DNA of 64,000 bases from Chrysomallon squamiferum (Eukaryota; Animalia; Mollusca): contig CM022666.1 in the NCBI GenBank assembly GCA_012295275.1, positions 10,230,001 to 10,294,000 on the forward strand, written 5' to 3'. Both the position numbers and the translations under genes were made by a program. Below the pieces are notes generated by a model. That model was not told where the DNA came from. It saw only the letters and a list, made by a program, of their open reading frames with translations, and did no database searches. Positions 11,921-27,800 of this stretch are shown piece by piece. Position 1 is the first letter of the stretch. Each line of letters opens with the position of its first letter.

Positions 11921-14900
11921 TAAGTGTAATTAATATCCTGCCATTTCATTAATTATATGTCTGAAAGTAAACTAAACTCTTTGAAACGTTAAGCGGCTGT
12001 CAGTGTTCATGCTGAAGCAAGTAAAGGTTAGCCCAACATTTGGCAAATTAGAGGGTAATCCAAACATTTATATCAGTAAGAACTTAGAAAGTAAACAATT
12101 TTCATTTTTATAGTAAATCTCATTATATCAAATAATGAATCTATTTTTTTTAATTATTATTATTATTATTTTATGTTTTTATTTCCTTGTTTTGCATGGT
12201 TTGTCCTTTCAAACTAGCTCAGATCCAGATTCATTATTTCATTGTGCTAGTATACTGCTGTGCATTTATGTTTATTTGTTCTTTTGGGGTTTTTAAAAAA
12301 TTAATTTACGTTCCTTTATGGGTTTTTATATATATTTTGGGGGTTCTGTTATTATGATTATAGTTTTTCTTCAGTTCCTTGTAATTTACTTGTAATTTTA
12401 TACATAATTTAATATACATGTATGTGTGTGTGTGTGTGTGTCTGTGGATGTACGTGTGTGTGTGTGTGTGGTCAAGTTTCACTTTCTATTATTACTATAC
12501 AGACACAAAATAATTAATGTTCTACATCATACACAACAGATGTATTACAGCTCAAAATTCAGAATACAAATGAACAATAATACTCTAACCATTCAAGTAA
12601 TGAATTGTTTGCTGATGTGTTCAAAGATGCGTGTTGTTTTTAATTAACTATTTGGTGTTTTCAATATTTTTGACATATTATCTCATTATTTCTTAACAGA
12701 ACCTTACTTCTCATTATTTTTTCATGTCTAGCTTGAACATTTTTCTGTAAAAAATGTTGATGTCATTGATTCCCTATGCAATGATATCTGTTGTTAGAGA
12801 AATATTCTTAGTCATATTGGATTTCCTACTTGAAGGAATACAGATATTAGCTAAAACAATGAAGCCAAATGAGATATATAATTATATTTACATTATTTAT
12901 TATTATGATTATTATTATTATTAATTTTATTTAATTTTGTTTAATGTTGTTTGGTGAGGGACATTTTAAGTTATGTTGAGTTAATTGAATATTAATGAAA
13001 TATTGATAACTATGGCTGTTTGTCTGGTAAAAGAAAAATGTTTGTCTTATTAAATCACATTTTTGAAACAATAAAAACCATTTGTTGCATAATTATATAT
13101 TGTTACTGTAATATTAAATTACCTAAAATGAAATAAATATATAAAGGAAATTAATATCTACACAAACAGTGCATATAATTTGAAATTAAATTTCAATTCG
13201 GATAACAATTATATACAGTAAATATCATTGGTGTGATTATTGTCTTCTTTTTTAATGTTTTATGTATTTGTTGAATATGTACAAGATTAAACCTGCATCA
13301 GTAAACCTAGCAATCTGGGCAATAAAATTTATACAAAAACTATTTATCTTATAATCACAAGTGAGAAGTTTTATTTAGCATTTAGTTGGATCAGTTTCAC
13401 ATGCTTTGACAAAACATTAAGGTATTTATAGAAACAAGAATATTTAGAACTCTAACACAAATGGAGATAGGTTAAATTTATCAGTAGAATTATTATTATT
13501 TTTAATTTAGACTTTTGCATCAGTTACAGAATAAATATTCAGTAAGTCATGAATAAAGAATTTCTGCAGATTTTATAATTTTTTCTGATACCATAATCAT
13601 TTCTGCAGTTATGCAAATTTTAGATCCACCTCTCTTTCTCAGCATAGCTATGCCCATGTTGACCACCATATTTGGTTCTTCACTTTTAGCCAGCTTTGTC
13701 TTTATTAATGTTTTCGCAGTATCAAATCATACACAATCATATTGTTTGCACAGTAGGATGAGTGGTAGTGACCTATGCAAGTTATGAAATAACTGAAAAT
13801 GTTCTATTATTTGGTGATTTGTGGGATTCATACAAAGTCTCTTATTCCATACTTCTGAAAACTGTTTCAGCCTTTATTGTTAAAAGGCATTTTCATCCCT
13901 GTTAGATCTTGTGTTGTAGATGTAGATCTGTTTTTTGCCAGATCTAAGCATGAAAGAAATGCAGTACTTGAGTAGCTGTGTACATATGAAGTTCAGCAAC
14001 TGTTGACAAATCAGGGAACATGTTCCCAAAGATGTCAAATATTAGATCATAACGACATTGAAAACTGGCACAAACAACAACATAATGATTGAGTTGACAA
14101 CTGGTAGCCAAAATTGTTGATTACTTAATTACAATGTCATTCGAAGTCTGTCATAATAAAGAAAATCACATACATTGTTTATATGTTAAAACTGATAAGT
14201 CAGTAACAAATTTAAATAAATATTTTTTAAATATTATTATTAAAACAGTGAAAACTTTGTATTTGTATTTGTATTTTGCTTTTGAGCTAATTCTGAAAAA
14301 TACAGCTATGGAGCAAGGTTTTGGTTGACCTAGGAAATAAAATGATGACTGAAATTATTTTTCATTATGAACTGTCTTACCATTTCTGTTACTCAGCCTT
14401 TTATTAAAACTATTCTAAATTGCTTATATAACTACCTAAGTGAATATTTCTTTGTTATATGTTCAATTGCTACTATTTTTTAGTGCTGTAATAGTTTATG
14501 AAGCTTCTGGCATATTTATTGCATACAAAATTGCTTATTCAGTTATTGTATTGGTTGATCAGATTATAATTTTCTGTTTATGTTAATGCTCACATTTTTA
14601 AACCCGTTTTTTTTTTTTATCCAAGCATGTTTGTTTAAATTATAGTGAGTGTTTTATTGTTTATTGTTTATACTTTATACTTAATTTTATAATATTAATC
14701 ATATTCTGATTACATTAACGCCCTCTGTTTAAATCTGAAAAGGTTTTATGACAAAGAGAAAAGATAAATATTCATGATATGCTATAAAAGAATATATAAA
14801 ATATAATATAACAAAGTTAATCTATTTTTGCTTTCATTACAATAAAAATACTTTAATTTATATTAAATCTAACTATATCATGCTATATCTTTGAAATAAT

Positions 14901-16961
14901 TACTGTATTCCCAGGTTAGTTTGGAATCTCTGGATTTTATTATGAATTATGTCCATAAAATCCCAGTTCTGACATGAAATTATCTAAACAGAATAATAAT
15001 AACAGATTTTCAATCATAATAATATCTTGCATATTGTGTCTGACAATAGCTTTTGTTACCACCCTGCAGAAAAATGTTAAATGTTTCAGTGATAAAATCT
15101 TATATAAAAATGATCTATGCAAGTAATAAAATTTTCAGATTTCATGACTGCCTCATTAATCTCTTATTTGGAAAGAAAATTGGCTTGAAGATGCTTTAAT
15201 TTAAAATAACAATACACAGAGTGTATCATGCTTGGTTCCAACATAAACAGAGGTCTTGCTACATACTGTAAGAGATGGCAGGCCAGCCATCACTTATGGC
15301 TTACGATGAGTTCACCCACCAATCGACAGCAACAGCAGCAATATCCACCACCTGTTTATTCATTGTTTTGCACTTTTGGGGTCAGCCATTCACATCTTTT
15401 CCCCTAAAAAAAAAATAGATGTATTCTGAAGCAACGACTGTCATTTACAAAGCAATGCAATCCAATTCCTCTGAAATTTGCTGCTACTCACAATGCTTGT
15501 TTAATCAAAGTTGCTGTAGCAGGCACTGCACAGCTACATTATTGTGGATGTATTTCTATGATAGCTATACATTTTTGAACATGCATATCTATCTTTGCCA
15601 CAAATTTTTGAACATGCATAATATTGAACATGTATAATAATTGTTATCCTAGGTACATAAACAACTTTTTAAAATATTGTCTTCATCCTTCAAAAAAAAT
15701 ATGCGCTAGATCCAACATTATAAAATAATTATTATTAACAGCGTGTCGCCAACTCAATGTCACATTCTCATAAATATTCATTATCATACCGCATGGAAAT
15801 ATTTTACTTTCAGAGCAGTGAAAAAGATCTCATATTTCACATAAACCACAAACGTGTATATATAATAATTAATATATACGGGAGGTTAAAAATATATATA
15901 TATATATCCATGTGTGTATGTATATGTATATTATTTTGTATACATATATTCATGTAAAGAATATAGTTCGCATAACAGACAAAATTCACCGGCAAAAGAC
16001 ACTTTGATTTTATTTAATTACAAATAAAATAAACTTGTTAGTAGTTAATCCATTTGATGCAATTATTTATAGGAGTACTTGTACCCTGAACATTTTCAGT
16101 ACCATCCCTTTGTATACCTTGCACCAGATATGCCAATTTCCATCATCCCTTTAACAAACACTGGCATGACCACTGATAAACAACACAGTTAACATCAGGG
16201 ATGGACCTATATCATAGGCTAATGACATTAGTAACAACACCTTTGAAATACTGAAAATTTTGTCAATGGCACATTGATGATATTGTTATACTCAATGATA
16301 GCTTCAAGAACATGGCCCCAGATCATGAGACAGTTCTACAAACTACAGAATGTAATCCTTTGAAAATCCATTCTATTTCATAATTATAATTGAACACATT
16401 TAATCATGTCTGTATATGTTTTTTATGTTATATCAGTGGTTCTCTTGTCATTGTTGAACATAAAATTCTCATGCATAAGTGTGACAATGTTTACCATGTG
16501 GAATCACAATTTCAAGCCAAGCAGATGTGTGATTTCTTTATACAAATAAGTGGTGTGGGCAGTATTTTAATTTTCGATTTGTATAAATAACTGTCAGTTT
16601 TCCAGTCATGATAAAAGAAAAATTTCTAATGCTAGTGAAAAAAACAAAACATGTTTTAGTCATATATTGAAGCTAATTGATTATAGCTTTAAAGGGCCAC
16701 TATGAATGTTGTAAGATAATATGTTGACTAAATCTGTACATAATGTACATTATTACTTTATTATTTCTATCAATATATATATTTAAATAATAAGTTTTGA
16801 GTTGTTTTAGAAATTATCTTTTCAAATACATATGTCATGAAATCAGCATACATGAATCAAATTAACTTTAAATTTTGTATTATTATTATTATTATGATTG
16901 TTGTTATTATTATTATTATTTAATTTTTATTTTTAAAAGCAGTTGTATCAAATTCAGCAAT

Positions 16962-17376
16962 ATGACAATTGTAATGCGTGGGAGCCCAGCAGCTGGAGAT
17001 TCACCACAAGAAAGCAGCCACCAACAACAACATGGACAGCAACAGCAACCACAACTACAGCTGCCACAGACTCAGCCACCTGTTACCCAAGTACCATTAG
17101 TGACAACACAACCAGGAATGCAGCCAGTGCAGCAGCTACCAGCACAGCAGCCAGCAATTACAACATCTGCCCAAGTTCCAAATGGAACACAGTCTGATGA
17201 AGGTGGACAAGGTGATGGAGTTGTTCAGCTGGCAGATGATCAGGAACCAGAATTTCCGCATGTAGAATTGGCAAAACTGGATGAAATGATCAACAGACCA
17301 AGATGGGTGGTACCAGTACTTCCAAAAGGAGAATTAGAAGTTCTTCTTGAAGCTTCAGTCAAACTCTGCAAAGAAG
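16962..17376 (+). CDS. USP9X: USP9X first coding exon (MTIVMRGSP..., Q/P-rich N-terminus)
   Basis: Acceptor ...aaagcag ends at 16942 and the ATG is at 16962. MTxxxRGSP matches the vertebrate USP9X start. Donor AAG|gtatgg at 17377. Confidence 0.9.
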
Positions 17377-18045
17377 GTATGGAATATTGTGACATTGACT
17401 TCACCAACATTTAGGAAAATTCAGATTAAACAGTTTAAATTGACAGGATATTGCCTGTTTAACAAATATCTTATTTTGTTAATCAAGAAGTGTATGTGAA
17501 ATTCTGAATGTTTAACACCTGGTTTATTTCCAGCTAAAACATTCTACTTCTATTTTTCTAGGACTAGATACACGAAGTGAAGCTTGCCAGAGATTCTTTA
17601 GAGAAGGACTAACACTTTCATTCACAAAAATCTTAACAGATGATGCTGTTAGTGGATGGAAATATGAAATTCATGTAGGTTACTCATTGAAGCAAAATAT
17701 TGCTTTCAGGGTCTTTATATATATATATATATATATATATAAGAAAGAATATATCAATTTAATTTATAATCAAATAGTTATTTATTTATGGTCAGTTGTT
17801 TGCAGATATGTAATGCATCGGAAGTTGCTGGGAATCTTATCAAGACAGAGGCCAAAATAAATTACTGGCCCATTTTGACAATTTTGCTTATATTATAACT
17901 AAAATATTAAAGTATATTGTCCTAAAAAATATAAAACACATTTTTGGTCGATTTTATGTTTAATTAAATGTAATTTGATAAATTTCTTTAAAAAAAAAAA
18001 ATAATAAATTCTCTGGATTTTACCAAATTTTAATAACTTTTTTTG

Positions 18046-18098
<53 letters not shown>

Positions 18099-21000
18099 TC
18101 CTATATCACTGTGATGTTTGTGAAATTACCTATGACCGGTGCATGAATACATGGTTTACAATACTGTTGTGCACTGTTCAAAGTGATTAAGGTTATAAAT
18201 TGTTTTCAGTGTCATATTTTCAAAAACTTATTAACATTGATAACTTTACCAAAACTTACTGAGTTAATATTGTTCCCTAGATAAGAGATTAACACCTAAA
18301 TACCCAAAAGATAATTGTTAGTATGGGATTGTTGGGGGATTTTTTCAGTCTTTTCTGGGGTTTTTTGGAGAATTATTTTTTATGATTAATGGCAAAAACA
18401 AAGATGGTGGCACCTATGGCCAGCCATGGGGAATGGAAGTTTTGTCACTGTTTGCAACAATAAATATGAATAACTTAGCAACTGAAAAGATTTTAGAAGA
18501 CTTAATTAATGATTATTTATATTATGTTCCATAAATGATGATGAACTTGGTAGTGTACGAATCTACTCTTTACAGAAATAAATGTAAGCAAGTTACAGTT
18601 GTAAAAATGAAAGTGACAGATTAATAAAATCATGATGGTTAATCTTTCAAATTTAATTCATTAGTATTTTTAGGAGGATAGTCACATTATTTGAAAATTT
18701 CATATTTTCTTTTCTCATTAGCATTTTTGAATAATTGAAAGTGATTTTAACAGATAATTATCTGTAGCTTTCTGTAATTTCAGAAACTGAAACTATAATT
18801 TGTTGACCATGTGATGGATTTTCCTAAATTGGCATAAATGTATTTTTATTTTTTATTTTTTATGTTGCTTAACAATAATTTTGTTTATTGAACAATTCTT
18901 GTTCAGACTCCACATACCTGGCTTTATTTCAACATTTGTTCATTTCTAACATTTATTAATATTTTAGTTTGTATTTGTCTAAATATATTTCTTTTTAATA
19001 CTGTAAAACCATGTTAATTCATTTAATAAGTTAAAAAAAGTATTTGTATGCTCTATTACTTAAGAAATAAAAACATTAATACTGTGATCTTTAGCTGCAT
19101 ATTATATTTAATATTACATATTTTTAAAAACAGGCATGTGCTATATGCAGTTTTCTTTATTTTTACAGAGAAGCATCTTAAAAAATTCTGAAAAGTTGAT
19201 AGAACTGTGTGTATACAAACTACCACAAGACTGGTTTCCAATTCTTGACCTTCTGGCAATGGTCTTAAATCCTCAGTGCAAGTATGTTTAACAGTAAATC
19301 AGTTTGCAACATTGATATTTTCTATATTTTCTTGATAATGTTTTAAAGGCCATTTCAAAGCATACTTTAATTAGAATGCTGTCTAAGAAATACTCTAGAT
19401 ATATTGCATTAGAGTTCAAGAATTATGAGGAACTTGATATTGAAACATTTATGCTGTATTAACTTGTAGATTTCACACTTATAACGGGACACGTCAGTCA
19501 GAAACTGTGCCTGCTGGAGCTCAGATATCAGATGAATCAATTTTTGCAAGACCTCCAGATCCACGAACACCACGAGTAAGATCATTTCTTATAAAGATTA
19601 TTACTGGTACTAGCAAGAATTTAGGTATCTGATATATTATTTTATATTTAATTCTCCATCAAGCATGTTATATAGTAGGTACCTGCAGCTAATTTTTAAT
19701 TAATTTAATTTTATATAATACGAAAGAAAATGAAAGCTGCAGAAAAAACAAACTAAACATACAATAAATTAGGACTCTGTCTCTAATGGTTCAAAAGATA
19801 CGTGGAAGTTAGTTCCATAGGTAATTGGTCATTGTTGTTTTTTTTACCATATTTTGGCAAATTGAAGGAAAGAGCAACTTTGGCCAGCTATAGCTTGAAA
19901 AATAAATGATATAAATGACTTTCAGTTAACAAAGTGCTGGGACCATGTCGTTAAATGTGCTTAATTTTTTACAGAGTTGTAAGTTTATCTGTATGTTTAC
20001 AATAACATGTTGAACAAGCCATATATGTCAAAATAGAAGGTGGCAGAATGTCCCTAAGATGATTAAAACTGCAGACACTGTGGTTTCACTTTTTGCCTCA
20101 TTTGAAAAATATCACTGGTGTTGTGAACAATTTGTCATGATCTTTCAGATCACATTCTAGACTCTAAAGTAACATTTTCCATAAAAAAAAAAATTCCTTT
20201 TCAATTTGAAGTAAAAATATGTTTGATCCACAGCAACCATATATTTTTTGGCACCTTAAGCCCCAAAACTTTGAGAAAACAAGTCAGGGTAGTTTCAGCA
20301 AGAATAAATTAGAATTTAACATTTGTTTGTTGTTGATTATAGTTTAAAGAGCAGCAGATCTACTATTGTTGCAGTTACTGAAAGAATTTTTTTTTTTTTT
20401 AAATCTGTTTATTTATTTTTATTTTTTTCTTATAAATGTTAGTTAAATATAATGTTATTTAAAAGGACTACAATGTTTGATGTTTATATATAATCCTCTG
20501 CCATATGTAAACTTGGCTAATCCTTGGCATCCAGAAAGGTGTTGCAGTTACTAATTAGGGACTATTAAATGGTATATGTTACAGTCAATATGTCAAACTA
20601 GGCATTTAGCCTAATGCCCAAGACCATCAGGCGTTTCGCCTAATGATTAAAATTTCCAGGAATTAGGCCAGATGACTGAATGAAAAAGAATGGCCTGTTG
20701 AGATGTGTGTGCACTTGATTATGTCAAAGGTGTCTTCAGTGGAAACATAGTACAGAGGTTTGTCTTCATCTGTTTGGTCAGTTTCTGCATGTCTCCACAT
20801 GGACATGACATAGTACTCGTGGTGGGTTTTCTTTCTTGGGTCAACAGAGATCTTCTTTAGCTGGTCCATAATCAAGAAGTACGCTTCCTTAGGAACATAC
20901 ACTCTCTTGCTTGCTTGCTTCATACTTCTTAAACAGTTCTCTCAGAAATTGAACTTCTACAGGAACTACTGTATTTTATATAATATGAAAGAAAATGAAA

Positions 21001-21799
21001 GAAAAAACAAACTAAATATACAATAAATTATGACTCTGTCTCTAATGGTCCAAAAGATACATGAAAGTCAGTTCCATAGGTACTTGGTCTTTTTTTCTTT
21101 CTTTTTTTTTTTACCATATTTTGGCAAAGTGAAGGAAAGATCAATTTTGGCCAGCTTGGGCATTAGGCTAAATGCCTAAACATTTGAGACATTGGGCCAG
21201 ATCACTCATTTTACATATTGACTGTAATATATTATCATGAGAGTAAAGGCAATTAAAGACACAGGTATGATCAGTCTGTCATTTGAACTTTGTACTTGCT
21301 ATGATTTGACTGCAAACAAAAGTTACCTATCATCTGACCACTGTTGATATTTTCTCTGATGGAGCTAATCAAAACTCGAAGCAAAAATACTCTGTTTTAA
21401 AACTGATCAATTTATTATTTTATCATATTAAAAAAGTGATTAGTTTTTTGTTCAGCATTCTGTCAATACCTCTGGTACTAGGAGTCACAGAATACATTGT
21501 ACTGTTGTGTAATATAGTTTGTTATGTTTACTATTCTTAATTTTCCATTTATTGCAAACATTTGCCTGTCTTAGAATGGAAGAGATAGTAATTGGCAAAA
21601 CACAATTTTAATGTATTCATATTATATAAATTAAAAAGACAGAACACAGAGGAAAAACATGCAAGAAAATATAAACAGCATAGAAATATAATTGTTTTAA
21701 ATAGTGCCAGTTTTTTTTAGTTGCACATAAAATCTATTGCTATTTAGCCCAGTAGCAAACAGAAATTACAGTGATTTTTGCTATGCATATGATGTTATT

Positions 21800-21864
<65 letters not shown>

Positions 21865-24800
21865 GACATACGCACACTAACACTTGGAACACTGAAGAAA
21901 ACGATAGTCAACAAGTTATGAAAAATATAAACAACATTATAAATATAATCATTTTAAACAGCCCCAGTCCTTTCTAGTGGTCCACAAAATCTACAGCGAT
22001 TTGGATTTCTAGAAAACACAATTTATGGCAATTTTACTAAGGAGCTGTTCTATGCCAAAGATGGCACACTGTAGTGTCCCACATTGTTTGAATGAGCTTT
22101 TTTTCATTTGATTGTGAGTTTGTAGAGTTTCTTTTCAGCCAGTGTTTTAGAACTCTTTATTCCATGCTTTCAATGGCTGATAACAGGTGGCAGAATTTGT
22201 TTACCCCATCACTTTTAACTCTCTCATACAAAGTACTGATTTAACACACAATCACCATTTTAATGAACACATATTAATCTGTATTTCTCTGTATTTGTTT
22301 TCATGTTCTGTTTTACATAAGGGATTTGGGAGTAGAGGAAAATAGACAAAATTTGCACTTTTAATAGTTTTTGACACTTGTTTTGGTTAGGCACCCAGTA
22401 CCTACATATAGTTTTTTTCACAAGGGGGTGGGGACAGGCAGTGTTCAAGATATTTAAAAATAAAATAATCAATTTCTCATTTTGTCAAATCCACATTCTT
22501 AGGTCATCTAACTTGAATAAAAGAGATGTATACAATAAAAATGTGTTTTTGCAATTCCCCAGTCATTTTATTTCTTTTTAATTAAGTTCAGTGACACAAT
22601 ATTTGTTGAAAAATGTATCCTATTAGAATATATATATCTTTTTCCATTCTGAACCTTTGTTGACATTCTTCATGCAGTGGAAACCTCTGCTTTTCCACTG
22701 TTTCATGGTATAGTAATTTTTAAGATTATTTTCACATTTCCATGAATTAACAGTCTAAACAGCCACATTATCAGAAAAATATGACAGTGTTTAATAAGCT
22801 TATCCATCACCACTGTTTACAAAATTCGATGAGCCGTTTCACTGCTGATTCATACAAATTTACTCAAATAAAATGTCAGTTCAGTTTTAAGTTTGATTTT
22901 TTTCTCTTTTTTTCTACAAATTATTACATTACTTTTCTAATTTATAACTGTTAAAATTTTAGCCAAATCTGAAAAGAATTTAAAAAAAAATAGATTTCAC
23001 TACAGCCTGTCCCCTTAAATCTTTTATATATTGTTTGGTTTATGATTTAGAGGCATTTTATTGTACGGTTTAATTTTGAAAAAAAAAAAATTCCTTTATT
23101 ATTCTTGAATATTGAATTTGTGCTAAAATAATTGCAGGGCTGGTTAGTGGATTTGGTGAACAAATTTGGGGCTCTTGATGGATTTCAAATATTACAGGAT
23201 AGATTTCTTAAAGGACCAGCATTGTCTGTACCAGTGATATGTGCATTGATTAAGTAAGTACTCTCTAATACATAATGTTGATTTTGTATGCATATGAATG
23301 TGCAAGCAGTGTTACTTCCTTGTGTGTAAGGGGAGAACATAGGATTTATTTTATCATTAGATAAATAACTTTGAAATGTAGAACTAAATTATATTAGTAA
23401 TCATCAGAAATGTCTTAAGATCAAAAGGAGATCATTTTGTGTATTTTGTATTGCAGACCATTTGGGCAGTGTGCAGAAGTTTTGACAGCTCACACAGTTC
23501 AAAAATATTTCATGCCAGTAGTGGTAAGTTTTCAATTATTTATTAAAAGTTTATTAATCACCATTCAACATTATTTACTCCAGACAGATGTCCAAACTAA
23601 GGTAGTTCTGTTAATCAGACACTGTTCATCATATATGTTTCAAAACTGTTATCTCTTATAAAATTCCTTCTAAACCATTGTTTTTTGATAATAATGTGTT
23701 TTAACATTAAAATTACTCTAATTATAAATTTGAATATTTTAAATAATTTACATGGCAGTTTTAAAGTTAATTTAAATTATATTACAGGAAATAATACCAA
23801 AATTTCTGGATAATTTGACTGATGATGAACTAAAAAAGGAGTCAAAAACTGAAGCAAAAAATGATGCTTTGTCTTCAATCATCAAAGCTCTTAAACAACT
23901 TGTGTACAGACTGCCCAACCAAGAAGAGACAATCAAGAGTTTGGAGATCTTCAGGCTGAAAATGATACTCAGGTTAGATACAGGCCTTCTTTACCTTCAA
24001 TTAGGTGATTGTAAAATTAGTTTTTAAAATGTTCTACTGTTACACTGGAACACGGTTAACAAAAATAAATAAAATGAATAATGTCATAATTGGTTTAAGA
24101 TTTAAATTTTATTTTCATTAGCAAAGAAAGTGTTTCAGAAAATACTTTTTCTTATTAGAATGTATTATTCTGTTAATAGTACATGTAAGAATTGAAGGTT
24201 CAGTTCAAACTTTGGATAAATAATATTTCTAACTTAAAAATTGCTTGTTCAGTATTCAGTGGAAAGGAATATTGTTGCAAAAACAGAAGTAAGTTTTTAC
24301 AAGTGCAGTGACAAAATATAAAGTTTTGAAACAAACACAGCATTAGTCTTGATCAGCATGCAGAATTTCTCAGTTACCAAATCAAACCAAATGCTCAGTA
24401 ATTTTGTTTTGTCAGAATGTTAATAGTTAAACAAATGAAGATAGAATAGTTCCTTATGGATTTCACTATTGTATTGAGAATTGTAACTATTCGTGCAAGA
24501 ATACTGAAAAAAAAATTATTGATCTATTTGGATATTACATTTATCGTGTTGTTGTTCAGAGTAATTTCAAGCATATTTTTTTAAGAAAATTTAAAGATTT
24601 TATTAAATGAAAGCTTACTTTAAAATTTTATTATTCTTTATTATTTTCAGATTACTGCAGATTTCTTCATTTAATGGAAAAATGAATGCCTTGAACGAAG
24701 TAAATAAAGTGATAACCAATGTGTCATTTCATTCAACTCGACATAATCAAATAGATGAAGATGAATGGCTAACAGCAGACAAAATGGCGGTGTGACATTT

Positions 24801-27800
24801 TTAATAATCTCAATGTTTCTTTACAAAAGAATAAAATATCAAACATAAATATCAAAATGTAAAATATAAAATTAAACGTTCTGTAACAACTGGAAAACTT
24901 TTCGTCTGTTATAGACAACAATGATAGCTAATAGCAATTGCCAAACTAGTAAACTCTACATTGTGTCAAAGACTTGAAAAAGTGATGGTCTAAAAAAAAA
25001 TGTTGATGCTGAAGTAGCATCATTACAATTTTTATTAGGACAAAAAAATATTTTAATACTTTTATATGATACAAATATATTTTAAATGTTTTCGGTTTTC
25101 GGTATTTGTTGTGCAGTATGGCATTAAATACATTATAAGTGTGAGTAATATCCTTAATTCAAATACAAGTATAAAAGTTGATTTTCCTTAAAAAAATACT
25201 AATTTTGCTACTGTAGATGCCTTTTTAAATTTCTCTTTCAAATTGTCTGTTTTCTGTCCAAAAGGAATGGATACAGCAAAATGGTGTTCTTGGAATAGTA
25301 CTTAGAGATAGTCTTCATCAGCCACAGTATGTAGAGAAACTGGAAAAAATACTCAGATTTATGATAAAAGAGAAAGCCTTGACAATGGAAGATTTAGATC
25401 TACTGTGGGAAGCTCAGTCAGGAAAACATGATGCTATTGTGAAAAATGTGCATGATCTCCTTGCAAAATTGGCATGGGATTTTACACCTGAACAACTTGA
25501 TCACCTTTTTGATTGTTTTCAGGTAAGCAGTTTAACAAAATGTTCTGTAAATGATTTTTAAAAAGATGTTTTTTATTTAGAATTATGTTTTTAAATTGTT
25601 CAGCTAATCTTCCTTGGTTAATGAAATTTTTATATGGAAACAATATAATTATTGAGTTATTTTTATAATTTTGAGAATATGAAAACATTTAAATAGTTCT
25701 TCTTTTTGTTTATAGGGAAGTTGGCATCATGCCACTAAGAAGCAACGAGAGAAGCTTTTAGAACTTATTCGTCGACTTGCAGAAGATGACAAAGAAGGGG
25801 TGATGGCTCATAAGGTATGTTTTTTTTAATGGTATCACATGCTTGAAATGAACTGATAGAAAATGAAACTAAACCATAAAGTAATCCTCTGACACATTAA
25901 CATTGTCTTAGGGAGACAGTCATATTTCTGTGTTTTGCTTTACATCAAATACCATTCTCAGGGAAACTGCTGTCTTCACTTGGTTAGAGAATCAGGGTTT
26001 GAAACAGAAAATTATTTATTATGATAATGTAAATAATTATTTTAATTTCTTCAGGTGTTGACTCTCTTATGGAATCTTGCTCATAGTGATGATGTTCCAA
26101 CAGAAATTATGGACCAGGCATTAACAGCACACATAAAAATTCTTGATTACAGTTGCTCCCAGGTATTAACATCTTTAGTTATTAGTATGAACACTAAATT
26201 GCAAAAATAAGCAGTATTAAAGGCTAAAAAATTATATTTCCCATGAATACAAAGTATGTGGCTTATCATTAAGATTATCATCGTTGGTTTATGCTGTGCT
26301 TTCTTCAGTCTCAGAAGAATTATTTTCTGGTTTAGGATCGTGATGCTCAAAAAATCCAGTGGATCAATAGGTTTGTGGAGGAGTTAAAAAATGACAAGTG
26401 GGTCCTGCCATCACTGAAACAAATCCGTGAAATATGTGCCCTTTTCACAGAGGTAAGTATTAATGATATATAGTATTAATATTAAGTTTGATGTGTAGTG
26501 GCACGGAAATTGTATTTATTCTAATTTCATTATCATAATAAAACACTTTTGGTTAAGTGACATTTTATTTTTTAATATGGAAAAAAATGCTAGCTCAGTT
26601 ATCAAAAGTAAACATTTATATATAATAAGATTTTACAATCAAAACATAAAGATAATTTTTGTTTTATATTCTCCTCATTGAAAATGGCTTATATTTTCTG
26701 AAAGGAAGAGCATGTACCTATTGAGCCATATACCTTTTGTTTGTTAAGCAAGAAATGACCAAGGTAGTTTTATTAATGTTTTTAATGTGATATAAATACA
26801 ATTTAAAATTTGTAATTATTTCAGGCTCCACAAAGCTTCCCCCACTCTCAACGAGCACCTAATATGTTCTACAGAAATAATGTTATTGGGGATCTGCAGT
26901 CTCAACATTCAATTGTAATGCTTGTCTCACAGAATCTTGCAGCCTACATAAACAAGGCCAGAATGTATGCAAAAGGTGAGATCCTTTTTCTTTTCTTGGT
27001 ACACTGAAAATGATATTGATAAAAAAACAAATTCAGAATTTAATTTATTTTTTTCTTCAATTATCTTGAAACTGGAAAGCTTTTTTCAGATTAAAACAAA
27101 GAATTATTTTGCCTTTTATAATAACAGTAAAAATATCTATTTTTTTTTTATACATTGTGTAGGTATCAGCAGGCAAATTTTTTCTGACTTTAATTTCACA
27201 TAATATGCAAAAAAAATAATGAAAGCTTTAGCAAAAATAATGAAAACAAAGAAAAAATTATGACTCTATCTCCAGCAGTTAAAAAGATATATGCAAATCA
27301 GTACAACAGGTATTTGGTTGTTTTTTAGCCCTATTTTGGCTAATTAGCAGAAAGGGCTACTTTGGCCAACTGTAGTTTGAAAAGTAATTGACAGACAAGG
27401 CTGAAAATCAACAAGAGTGATGGGACCAACTTGCTAAATGAGGTCAATTTTTTTCAGACCTGTATGTTTGTATGTGTGTTCACAATAACATGCTGAAAAT
27501 GCCAAAATCTTCAAAATGACACATGGGAGAATGACTAAAAGTTCAAATAAACACTGTGGTTTCAGTTTTTGTCTTATCTGACAAATTCAACCTGTGTTGT
27601 GAACAATTTATCAAGATCTTTCAAATGACATACTTGTAGTCCGGTGGCGTGCATTGCAGTCCGTACAAAGTTTTTTTGCTGTTTCTATACCTCCGAGATG
27701 TGCTCTTTAAGAATCTGAATGATGCCACTCTGTCATCCTTGGGCAATCCGTACAATATGCAAATTAAGGCCGCCATTACTGAAAATCTTGTTTTCGTCAA

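Larger units (their letters stand above)
19676..22404. mobile_element. Non-autonomous TIR element, copy A (TAGGTACC termini, 7-bp TSD; hATw-like)
   Basis: Left taggtacctgcag, right ccagtaccta; TSD tatatag/catatag; colinear similarity with copies B, C and D. Confidence 0.75.

Noticed and set aside
13560-16400. Higher-complexity patches in USP9X intron 1 suggesting old transposon remnants
   Set aside because: No termini, TSD or unambiguous protein motif could be established by eye.
18530-18620. ATGATGA box C-like motif (possible intronic snoRNA)
   Set aside because: No suitably placed CTGA box D or terminal stem.
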